Source: a virus. Taken from it: 28,944 nt of DNA. Under the pieces are notes generated by a model. That model saw nothing but the letters and a program-made list of their open reading frames with translations. It was not told the DNA's origin and did not search any database. The stretch is taken from positions 1 through 28,944 of the IMG/VR virus record IMGVR_UViG_3300000928_000178; one strand, given 5' to 3'. The position numbers and the translations under genes were made by a program. Positions 14,108 through 23,029 of this stretch are shown here, one piece after another (position 1 is the stretch's first letter; every line of letters begins with the position of its first letter).

Positions 14108-14439
14108 TGCCAGCAGCAGAATACAATATAACAATATCACAAAATGCAGACTTTATCAGAAGCTTTCAACTAAAGGAAGCAAATGTAGTAGTAGATATTA
14201 CAAATAAAACCTTTGCAGGAAAGATTAAAAAGAACTATAATGAAACATCCGGCACAGACTTTACGGCAACAATAGACAATGCTGCAACAGGTCTGTGGAC
14301 AATGAAACTATCAGACACAGAAACAGCCGCACTTAAACCTGGTGATCAAGTGTATGACATTGTAATGACGGATACAGTAAGTGGAGAGAAAACAAGATTA
14401 CTACAAGGTAAAGCATTTGTTAGTCCAGGAGTAAGTTAA
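14107..14439 (+). CDS. Small beta-sandwich-type virion protein preceding the fibre gene (function uncertain)
   Basis: A 110-aa ORF. The pattern ...GLWTMKLSDTETAALKPGDQVYDIVMTD...LLQGKAFVSPGV resembles Ig-like adaptor domains I recall from phage baseplate and fibre modules. This is a weak assignment. Confidence 0.45.
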   Translation: MPAAEYNITISQNADFIRSFQLKEANVVVDITNKTFAGKIKKNYNETSGTDFTATIDNAATGLWTMKLSDTETAALKPGDQVYDIVMTDTVSGEKTRLLQGKAFVSPGVS

Positions 14440-17400
14440 ATGAGCACATATACAATATTGCCTAAAGATGATAGCAACTTAGGCGTAACGGTTATCAGTG
14501 ATGACCAGAGTCAAGTAATAGTAGTTGACTCAGCAACACAACAAGTAACAGTAACAGAGAATGTAATTAGCGTAAGCGTTACACCTGGTCTTATTGGCAG
14601 TTTAACTGTTGATAGTGTTAATGGTAAAACAGGCTTAGTTGTTTTAAACGCTGATGACATTAGTGAAACAGCAGACCCTGCCGGAAACAAATATTACACA
14701 GCCGCAAGAGATACTGCACAATTCAATATTGATTTAGCATTAAAGACCACAGACGATTTAACTGAAGGTTCAACTAACGAATACTACACAGACGCTAAAG
14801 CCAGAGCCGCACTAACAGGTGCAGGCGATATTAACTACAATCAAACTACAGGTGTTATATCATTTGATAGTTCAAGTTTAGTTACAAGTGTAAACGGACA
14901 AGATGGTGCCGTTGTATTAAGCACAACAAACATTGCAGAAGGAACTAACGCATACTGGACACAGGTTCGATTTGACAACGCATTAAGCAGTTCGTCTACA
15001 GATGAATTACTTGAAGGAAGCACAAACCTTTATTACACACCAGGCAGAGTTCAACAGGTTATTACTGCAAACACAGAACAATTTATTAAAGCTGATTCAA
15101 CAGAAACACTCACAAACAAATCAGGCAACAACTCAATGTTTGCTAATGATTCAGATTACCTTACTAGTATTAATGGAAGAATTGGCCCATCAGCTACAAT
15201 GGACACAGATGATTTACAAGAGCCAGCAGTTGGTGCCACAAACAAATACTTTACAGAGGCAAGATCAAGAGCGTCAATTAGTGTAACAGACACTGGTGGA
15301 GATGGAAGTTTAAGTTATAACAACACTACAGGTGTTCTTACTTTTACAGGCCCAGCACCAAGTGATGTTAGAGTATTAGTAAGTGCCGTTGATGCAGGTG
15401 GAGATGGAAGCTTTGGTTACAATCAAAGCACAGGTGAATTTACATACACAGGACCAACACCCACTGAAGTTCGTTCACACTTTACAGTAAATGATTTAGG
15501 CGGTGACGGAAGCATCACGTATGATAATACTACAGGTGTAATTGATTACACTGGACCAAACCAAGCTGAAGTTAGAGCACACATTACTAAAGTCTTTGTA
15601 GATGCATTAGGCATTCAAGCTACAAGTGTAGACGCAGACAGTGTTGCATTAGGCACAGATACAACAGGTGATTATGTTAAAACAATAGCAGGAACACCAA
15701 ACAAAATTGAAGTAAGCGGAAGTGGAACAGAAGGTAGACCAGTTACATTAACATTACCAAGCACAGTTCAGATTGCACAAGATCTAACTGTAGGCGGAAA
15801 CTTAACTGTAAGCGGTGACTTAACTTACCTAAACACTACAGACTTACAAATACAAGATAATCTATTTGAACTTAACAGTGGCTTAACAGGCACTCCAGTT
15901 AATGATAGTGGAATGCTTATACAAAGAGGCAATCAAACTAATCAAATCTTTATGTGGGACGAAAGTGTAGACAAGTTTACATTGGGTGCGACAGCAAGTG
16001 AAGATGGCGCTAGAGGAAACATCAACGTTACAGTTGGAACATTGGTTGCAGACATTGAAGGTAATTTAACTGGTGATGTTACAGGTAATGTTACAGGTAA
16101 CGTAACAGGCAATACAACAGGAGTTCACACAGGCGCAGTAACCGGAGATGTAACTGGAGATATAACTTCAACTGGCACATCAACATTTACAACAGCTGAT
16201 ATTAACGGTGGAAACATTGATGGCACTATAATTGGTGCAGTAACAACAGCCGCAGGATCATTTACAACAGTAAACGCAAGTGGAGCCATTACAGGTAACT
16301 TAACTGGTAATAGTGCAGGACAACATACAGGTTCTGTAGTGGGAACAAGTGTAAGTGCAAGTGTTGGATTTACAGGTGATGTTCAAGGTGATACAAGCGG
16401 AACACATACAGGTCCTGTAAGTGGTAATGTTTCAGGTAACTTAACAGGTAATGTAACAGGTGACTTAGTAGGTAATACTTCAGGTGGAACACACACTGGA
16501 CCAGTAACCGGAGATGTAACAGGTAACTTAGCAGGTGATTCAACAGGAACACACACTGGTCAAGTTAACGGAACAACTGTTACTGCAAGTGGCGGATTCA
16601 CAGGCACATTAGTAGGTAATGTTACAGGCAATGTTCAAGGTAATGTCCAAGGTGATTTAACTGGTGATGTTACAGGTAAAATAACTTCAACAGGCACAGG
16701 CTCACAAAAGAGTGTATTCACAGAAGTTGATATTAATGGTGGCACAATAGACGGCACACCAATTGGCGGCAATGTAGCAAGCACAGGTGAATTTACAACT
16801 GTATCAACCACAGGTTCAATCACTGCCAACACAGGCTTTGTTGGAGACTTAACAGGTGATGTTACAGGTAATACAACAGGACATCATTTTGGTGATGTGA
16901 CAGGAAACTTATCTGGATCAGTTACTGGTAATGTTCAAGGTAACACAGAAGGTGATTTAACAGGTGATGTTTATGCAGGCAACGGCACAAGTAAAATACT
17001 TGAAAATGGCACCAATGGAACTGATGCAGTATTTACAGGTAATGTAACTGGAAATGTTACAGGAACTGTTTCAACCTTATCAAATCACGACACAGGCGAT
17101 TTAGCAGAAGGTTCAAATCAATATTATACAGATGCCAAAGTATTAACTAAGATTAACAACACAAGCATTGATGGTTTAAGTGATGTTGACACCAGCACAA
17201 CTGCACCAACAACTGCACAAGTATTAGAATGGGATGGAACTAATTGGGTCCCAGGTGATTCAGGTATTGGTGATGTTACACAAACAGGAACACAAACACT
17301 ATCAAACAAAACATTATTAGGTCAAAAGGTTGATTATATTGGGCCAATAAATGTTGGTGACCCAGTTACAATAAATAAAATTAGATCTAATGCAGGTAGC

Positions 17401-20400
17401 ACTGGGCAAATTAACCCAAGCAATTATGGCGGGCAATTAGCTGCAACAAACGCCACTGCTACAATTAATTCAGACAGATTTCAGTTTAATAATATTCCAA
17501 GTGGAGGAAACCCAACTTCATATCCAGGATATGGATGGTCAACTCAATTAGCTGCACGAGAAGGTTATACAGGTTCAAATCCATGGCTTGGTAAAGCAAT
17601 TGTTGACATATCATTAACCAGGGAACCAATTAGTGGACTAAGCACTACTGAATTCTTAAGTGCTAAAGCTCTTTATGGAGGTGGCTTTTCAACTAAAACA
17701 ATTAACAAGACTGTAGCTCCCAACACAGGCAGCTACTATAATATCAGACCAAAATCAACTGATGGACATTTAAGTGAGTTAACTTTAACTGGATCATCAG
17801 CATATACTAATGCATTATCTCCACAAAGTGATAGCAATTGGCAATACAACAGATTAAAAAGCACAACCAATGGAATTACATTAGCAAACTTAGATATAGA
17901 TGGTAGTGCAATATCATTTTATGGCAATGAATATAGGCTTCCAAACACAGACGGAACAAGTGGTCAAGTATTATACACAGATGGTAACGGTAATATAAGT
18001 TGGACTGCAGCAGTTGGAACAGTTTCAAGTGTTAACGGAGAAGTTGGCACAGTTGTATTAAACACTGACCATGTTGATGAAGACGCTAACCCTGTAAACA
18101 AATATTTCACAGATGCTAGAGTAGAAAGTAAATTAAACATTACCAACCTAGATGAGATACAAGATGTTGTTTATACATCTGCACCACAGGCTGGTGAAGT
18201 GTTGCTATGGGATAGCACTGTTTTTCCAAACGGCGCATGGAGACCAAACACAGTATCAGGAACAGGAACTGTAACAGGTATTACAGCAGGTGATCATTTA
18301 GCTGTTGGAGGTGGCGGAACATCTATTATTACTACCGCTGGAACATTAAATGTAGAAACAGGTGGCGCAGGTGGAATTGTAACAACAGATGGATTCAACA
18401 GATTACCACCCTTAAACGCAAGTCAATTATTAGATCTGCCTGACTCAGGTGTGCAAAGTATTACAGCTTCAACTGGTTTAACAGGTGGAACAATCACTGG
18501 CACTGGAACAATTGCAGTAGATGTAGGTCAGACAGCAGGCAAGATTGTTCAGATAGATGGCAATGGTAAATTACCAAGTGTAGACGGTTCACAGTTAACA
18601 AACTTACCACCAACTGGTGTGCAAAGTGTTACAGCCGGAACAGGTTTATATACAATAGGTAATCAACCTATTACAAACACTGGAACATTATATGTTGATG
18701 TTGGAACAACCGCAAACAGAATTGTTCAATTAGACTCTAATGCAAAGCTACCAGCAGTAGATGGTTCACAGTTAACAAACTTACCAGCTAGTGCAGCACA
18801 AACACTAACGTTTAGTTCACCAGACTTATCACTATCAGGCGGAGGCGGCACTGTTGACTTATCAACGTTAACACCAAGCTCAATGGCGTGGAGTTCAATT
18901 ACAAGCACACCAACTACTATTAGTGGATACGGAATTACAGACGCATTTGATGGAGCATACAGCTCATTAAGTGGACTACCAACATTGTTCAGTGGTGCAT
19001 ATGCAGACCTAAGTGGAAAACCAACATTATCTACAGTAGCAGGAACAGGTGATTACAGTGATCTATTAAACAAGCCAACATTATTTGATGGAGCATTTAG
19101 TAGTTTAACTGGAACACCAACTACAATTAGTGGATACGGAATTACAGATGGTGTTACATTAACTGGAACAGAAACACTAACAAACAAAACAATACCAGCT
19201 TTTACTGGTAATGAAATCAAATACACAGCCAACAGTGGAAGTGGTAATAACTTCCAGGCACTAAAGATTGTTAATGAATATGATTCGACTTTAACACCAG
19301 ACTATTCAAATTTTAATGGTGCATTCCAAATACAAAACTATACACAAGCTAGTTCAGACTGGATTAATGTTTTACAATTCCAAACACCAAACAAGAAGAA
19401 CATGTTTAGGCTTCACATTGACAACTCAGATTTTGTAGCCAATGATGGAAATATAACTGACAAAAACTTTACAGCTGGTAATTTTTTAACTGGCAAAACA
19501 TATAAAATTGTTAGTGTTGGAACCACAGACTTTACAACTATTGGTTCAGCCAATAACAATGTTAACACATTATTTGTAGCCACAGGTGCAGGTAGTGGAA
19601 CAGGAACAGCTGATGCTTGGGACACTGGTTCACACTATTCAACATTTAGTATGAAAGGTGCAGACAACATTGGCTTTGTAAAAGCAAGTGACGGATTTGT
19701 TATTGGTGTTAAATATAAGATCTTTACTGTTGGAACCACAGACTTTACAGCAGTTGGTTCAGCAGACAACAATGTAGGCACAGAATTTGTTTGTTCTACA
19801 GCAGGTTCAAGTGGAACAGGTATAGCAGTTGATCAAAGACCTTTTAAAGGACAGAAAAACAGATTTAGTTCTTACACTGCTCATCAAAGCCCAAATACAT
19901 GGCCAACTAATTTAGATTTTGACGCTAACACTATCAGCTTCCATAGTGAATATGTATTCCCAACCAGTGACGGTAGCAGTGGACAAATATTAACAACAGA
20001 TGGTGCAGGACAATTAAGTTTTACAAGCCCAAGTGGATCTGGAACTGTAACAAGTGTAGATAGTGGAACAGGATTAACAGGTGGACCAATAACAGGTTCA
20101 GGAACATTAAATGTTGATGTTGGAACAACTGCAAACAAGATAGTTCAATTAGATTCAAATGCAAAACTACCAGCAGTAGACGGAAGTAACTTAACAAACT
20201 TACCAAGTGGCGCTGCTCAAACACTTAGCTTTACGAGTCCTAACTTAACAATAAGTGGAAGTTCAAGCACAGTAGACCTAAGTGCATTAAGCACAACATC
20301 ATTGGCATGGAGTGCCTTAACAGCAACACCAACTACGATTGCAGGCTATGGAATAACAGATGCATTTGATGGCAATTATAATAATTTAACAAACAAACCA

Positions 20401-22803
20401 ACATTGTTTAGTGGTGCATATGCAGACCTAACAGGTAAGCCAACAATACCAACAAACAACAATCAATTAACAAATGGTGCAGGTTACATTAGTAGTGTTC
20501 CAGCACAATCGTTTGCTAGTTTAACAGGTAAACCAACTACAATAAGTGGATATGGAATTACAGATGCATTTGATGGAGCTTATAGTTCATTAAGTGGACT
20601 ACCAACTATTCCAACAAACAACAATCAATTGACAAATGGTGCAGGTTATTTAACTTCTGTTCCAGCTCAATCATTTAGTAGTTTAACAGGTAAGCCAACT
20701 ACTATTAGTGGATATGGAATTACAGATGCATTTGATGGAGCTTATAGTTCATTAAGTGGACTACCAACATTGTATGATAATGCAGCTGTAGACACACACT
20801 TAAACACATCAACTGCAGCAACTAACGAAGTATTAAGTTGGAATGGAACTGATTATGATTGGGTTGCACAAACAGGTGGTGGAGGTGGATCAACCACAAT
20901 CAACAACAATGCTGACAACAGAATTATTACAGGTTCAAATACTGCAAACACGTTAAATGGTCAAGGTGATTTAACTTATGATGGTGATCATTTATTAATA
21001 GAAGGAACTGCAAGTGCACCAGATGATGCTGTTGTTAATATTAAAACAGACAATAGTTTATGGAGCAAACCACAAATTACATTAGAAGACAGCAGCGGTA
21101 AAGCAGTTGCCCTACTTGGACAAAATGATCCAAATTTAGATTTAGATAAACTTGTGTTTATGATGGACCCAGAAGGTAATCATAACAAGACCGGTGCTTA
21201 CACAGGTGATTACGGATTCTACTACACCAAAGACTGGGCAAACCTTGCAGGTGGCGGTGATGTTATAATGCGTAATAGAATATTTGGTGCTGAAGATCAC
21301 TTTACTACAAGTGTATTTGGTGACTATAGTTCAGCAGTAAACGGCGTGTATCAATACAGACCTTTTCAATTAAACACTCAAAAGTTTAAAGTTTTGGTTA
21401 GTGATAGTAGTAATAACATATCTGAAGCATTTAGAGTTGAAGAGGGAGTCGTTAGATTCTTTGAAGAATATATGTTCCCAACATTAGATGGTAGTGCTGG
21501 CCAAGTATTAACCACAAATGGTGTTGGACAATTAAGTTTTGAAACTCCTGGAGTCACACAAACTGGATCAGAAACACTAACAAACAAAACATTAACTTCA
21601 CCAATACTAGGTGGAACAACTACAACTGCAAGTGGCAATCTTGTATTAGATCCTGCCACAAATATATTAGAAGTTAAAGGTTCAGGTTCTACAGACGGTC
21701 AAATTCAACTTAACTGTAGTGCTAACACTCACGGACAAACAATTAAAGCACAACCACACAGTGCAAATGTAACCAACACAATGCTATTACCAACTGGTGC
21801 TAACAGCACATTGGTAAGTGAGGCAACAGTAGATGGCTTAGTAGACACACATTTAAATACATCAACTGCAACAACTAACCAAGTGTTAAGTTGGGATGGA
21901 ACAGACTATGACTGGGTAACAAACAGTGGTGGCGGTAGTTCAACACTAAGTGGATTAACTGATGTTGATATTACAAGTGTTCAGAACAATGATCTACTTA
22001 TGTATAACAGCACTGCAGGTGAATGGCAGAACACTAATTTAGGCGTAAGTGTTACACCAACACTAACTGGTGATTCATCAACTTCATCAGCTTTGACTTA
22101 TGTGTTAACTGTTAGCAACCATGCAACATATGATGACCCTGCATACTTTGTAGAAGTTTACACAGGAACAACTAAAGTTGTTGACAATGATGATGTAATA
22201 GATAACTTAGATGGAACATTATCATTTACAGCACCAGCAGCAGGCACACACGAAATTAGAGTTAGATGTCAAGACTTTGGTGACTTACAATCAGAGATAG
22301 CAACCAAGGCATTAACAACTGCAGCATTTGGTGGCACATACCGTTATTGGCGTGTTGCTAACTTTACCGGTTCACCAACTAACATGGGTATTAAAAATAT
22401 TAGATTCTACAGTGGGACAGGGCAAACTGGCACAGCATATCCAACTAACATGACCAGCGGCACAGCACCAACACCGTTTGTTGCTACTGCAAGTTATTAT
22501 TATGCACCAGCAGGTGAAACATATGCACCTTGGAAAGCATTTGATAGTAACAGCTCACAAACTTGGGTTTGGTATTTGGGACACAGTGGAACACAATTAG
22601 CTTCTGACTGGGTCCAGATTGATCTAGGAAGTGCTACAAGCATTAGCAGTTTAACTGTTGGTGCATGGTATAGTAACCAACCAAGTTCATTTCAAATACT
22701 TGCATCTAGCACTGGAGCGTTTAGTGGTGAAGAAACTACAATTGCAACAGTAACAACTACTGGTAACAGTAGTGATGTTGGTAACATATATAATATAGGA
22801 TAA
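14440..22803 (+). CDS. Giant mosaic tail fibre / receptor-binding protein (2,787 aa)
   Basis: A single uninterrupted ORF containing many phage-fibre motifs: EGSTNxYYT repeats, DINGGxIDGTxIG, GTxTLTNKT, YxFPxxDGSxGQxLxTDGxGxLSF, KLPAxDGSxLTNLP, ISGYGITDAFDG and YxDLxGKPT. It ends in a discoidin-like domain. Confidence 0.85.
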   Translation: MSTYTILPKDDSNLGVTVISDDQSQVIVVDSATQQVTVTENVISVSVTPGLIGSLTVDSVNGKTGLVVLNADDISETADPAGNKYYTAARDTAQFNIDLALKTTDDLTEGSTNEYYTDAKARAALTGAGDINYNQTTGVISFDSSSLVTSVNGQDGAVVLSTTNIAEGTNAYWTQVRFDNALSSSSTDELLEGSTNLYYTPGRVQQVITANTEQFIKADSTETLTNKSGNNSMFANDSDYLTSINGRIGPSATMDTDDLQEPAVGATNKYFTEARSRASISVTDTGGDGSLSYNNTTGVLTFTGPAPSDVRVLVSAVDAGGDGSFGYNQSTGEFTYTGPTPTEVRSHFTVNDLGGDGSITYDNTTGVIDYTGPNQAEVRAHITKVFVDALGIQATSVDADSVALGTDTTGDYVKTIAGTPNKIEVSGSGTEGRPVTLTLPSTVQIAQDLTVGGNLTVSGDLTYLNTTDLQIQDNLFELNSGLTGTPVNDSGMLIQRGNQTNQIFMWDESVDKFTLGATASEDGARGNINVTVGTLVADIEGNLTGDVTGNVTGNVTGNTTGVHTGAVTGDVTGDITSTGTSTFTTADINGGNIDGTIIGAVTTAAGSFTTVNASGAITGNLTGNSAGQHTGSVVGTSVSASVGFTGDVQGDTSGTHTGPVSGNVSGNLTGNVTGDLVGNTSGGTHTGPVTGDVTGNLAGDSTGTHTGQVNGTTVTASGGFTGTLVGNVTGNVQGNVQGDLTGDVTGKITSTGTGSQKSVFTEVDINGGTIDGTPIGGNVASTGEFTTVSTTGSITANTGFVGDLTGDVTGNTTGHHFGDVTGNLSGSVTGNVQGNTEGDLTGDVYAGNGTSKILENGTNGTDAVFTGNVTGNVTGTVSTLSNHDTGDLAEGSNQYYTDAKVLTKINNTSIDGLSDVDTSTTAPTTAQVLEWDGTNWVPGDSGIGDVTQTGTQTLSNKTLLGQKVDYIGPINVGDPVTINKIRSNAGSTGQINPSNYGGQLAATNATATINSDRFQFNNIPSGGNPTSYPGYGWSTQLAAREGYTGSNPWLGKAIVDISLTREPISGLSTTEFLSAKALYGGGFSTKTINKTVAPNTGSYYNIRPKSTDGHLSELTLTGSSAYTNALSPQSDSNWQYNRLKSTTNGITLANLDIDGSAISFYGNEYRLPNTDGTSGQVLYTDGNGNISWTAAVGTVSSVNGEVGTVVLNTDHVDEDANPVNKYFTDARVESKLNITNLDEIQDVVYTSAPQAGEVLLWDSTVFPNGAWRPNTVSGTGTVTGITAGDHLAVGGGGTSIITTAGTLNVETGGAGGIVTTDGFNRLPPLNASQLLDLPDSGVQSITASTGLTGGTITGTGTIAVDVGQTAGKIVQIDGNGKLPSVDGSQLTNLPPTGVQSVTAGTGLYTIGNQPITNTGTLYVDVGTTANRIVQLDSNAKLPAVDGSQLTNLPASAAQTLTFSSPDLSLSGGGGTVDLSTLTPSSMAWSSITSTPTTISGYGITDAFDGAYSSLSGLPTLFSGAYADLSGKPTLSTVAGTGDYSDLLNKPTLFDGAFSSLTGTPTTISGYGITDGVTLTGTETLTNKTIPAFTGNEIKYTANSGSGNNFQALKIVNEYDSTLTPDYSNFNGAFQIQNYTQASSDWINVLQFQTPNKKNMFRLHIDNSDFVANDGNITDKNFTAGNFLTGKTYKIVSVGTTDFTTIGSANNNVNTLFVATGAGSGTGTADAWDTGSHYSTFSMKGADNIGFVKASDGFVIGVKYKIFTVGTTDFTAVGSADNNVGTEFVCSTAGSSGTGIAVDQRPFKGQKNRFSSYTAHQSPNTWPTNLDFDANTISFHSEYVFPTSDGSSGQILTTDGAGQLSFTSPSGSGTVTSVDSGTGLTGGPITGSGTLNVDVGTTANKIVQLDSNAKLPAVDGSNLTNLPSGAAQTLSFTSPNLTISGSSSTVDLSALSTTSLAWSALTATPTTIAGYGITDAFDGNYNNLTNKPTLFSGAYADLTGKPTIPTNNNQLTNGAGYISSVPAQSFASLTGKPTTISGYGITDAFDGAYSSLSGLPTIPTNNNQLTNGAGYLTSVPAQSFSSLTGKPTTISGYGITDAFDGAYSSLSGLPTLYDNAAVDTHLNTSTAATNEVLSWNGTDYDWVAQTGGGGGSTTINNNADNRIITGSNTANTLNGQGDLTYDGDHLLIEGTASAPDDAVVNIKTDNSLWSKPQITLEDSSGKAVALLGQNDPNLDLDKLVFMMDPEGNHNKTGAYTGDYGFYYTKDWANLAGGGDVIMRNRIFGAEDHFTTSVFGDYSSAVNGVYQYRPFQLNTQKFKVLVSDSSNNISEAFRVEEGVVRFFEEYMFPTLDGSAGQVLTTNGVGQLSFETPGVTQTGSETLTNKTLTSPILGGTTTTASGNLVLDPATNILEVKGSGSTDGQIQLNCSANTHGQTIKAQPHSANVTNTMLLPTGANSTLVSEATVDGLVDTHLNTSTATTNQVLSWDGTDYDWVTNSGGGSSTLSGLTDVDITSVQNNDLLMYNSTAGEWQNTNLGVSVTPTLTGDSSTSSALTYVLTVSNHATYDDPAYFVEVYTGTTKVVDNDDVIDNLDGTLSFTAPAAGTHEIRVRCQDFGDLQSEIATKALTTAAFGGTYRYWRVANFTGSPTNMGIKNIRFYSGTGQTGTAYPTNMTSGTAPTPFVATASYYYAPAGETYAPWKAFDSNSSQTWVWYLGHSGTQLASDWVQIDLGSATSISSLTVGAWYSNQPSSFQILASSTGAFSGEETTIATVTTTGNSSDVGNIYNIG
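15283..15588 (+). repeat. Three tandem 102-nt (34-aa) coding repeats GGDGSxxYxxxTGxxxYTGPxxxEVRxH
   Basis: The GGDGS codons start at 15295, 15397 and 15499, spaced exactly 102 nt apart. Confidence 0.9.
16060..17070 (+). repeat. Arrays of 12-nt (tetrapeptide x-x-T/S-G) coding repeats
   Basis: The arrays lie at 16060-16176, 16294-16695, 16831-16980 and 17035-17070, for example GNLTGDVTGNVTGNVTGNTTGVHTGAVTGDVTGD. They are separated by DINGGxIDGTxIG...FTTV spacers. Confidence 0.9.
20440..20763 (+). repeat. Tandem duplication of 2 x 162 nt (54 aa) inside the fibre gene
   Basis: Units 20440-20601 and 20602-20763 differ at 3 of 54 residues. A 62-nt run is identical between them (20545-20606 and 20707-20768). 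Confidence 0.9.
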
Positions 22804-22813
22804 GGAGAACATT

Positions 22814-23029
22814 ATGAGTTTAGCAAGTGAATGTCAGGACGCAATATTTAATTATGTAGATGCTGACACACAAAGAAATGCAGCTTTAACCGGTGAGCAT
22901 AAAGATTATGTAATGTTGGTATTACAACTAATGCGTGATCAATACGCAGTTCAAAAGGCTGAAGGTCTAACAACCTTTACAGTGCCAGAAGGCATAGCAT
23001 TAACATTAACAGAGGAGTGTCCCTGGTGA
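22814..23029 (+). CDS. Hypothetical protein (possible fibre assembly factor, positional only)
   Basis: A 71-aa acidic ORF with a GGAGA RBS, between the giant fibre gene and a second fibre-like gene. Confidence 0.55.
   Translation: MSLASECQDAIFNYVDADTQRNAALTGEHKDYVMLVLQLMRDQYAVQKAEGLTTFTVPEGIALTLTEECPW

Noticed and set aside
15002-15286. Alternative-frame + strand ORFs inside the fibre gene (15002..15286, and also 4567..4821, 2054..2242, 672..863 and 23372..23635 in other genes) as overlapping genes.
   Set aside because: They have no RBS and low-complexity or odd composition (Gln/Leu/His-rich). They lie fully within strongly supported longer ORFs. Their length is consistent with chance open frames in repeat-rich, low-stop sequence.
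16060-17070. Regular short-period DNA repeats that could superficially suggest a CRISPR-like or satellite array.
   Set aside because: The period is 12 nt, there are no unique spacers, and the region lies entirely within one long open reading frame. The repeats encode tetrapeptide units of the fibre protein.
18694-20445. The duplicated fibre segments as a template/variable repeat pair of a diversity-generating retroelement.
   Set aside because: No reverse transcriptase gene exists in the genome. Both copies lie in frame within the same ORF. The mismatches I inspected include all substitution types rather than being confined to adenines of one copy.
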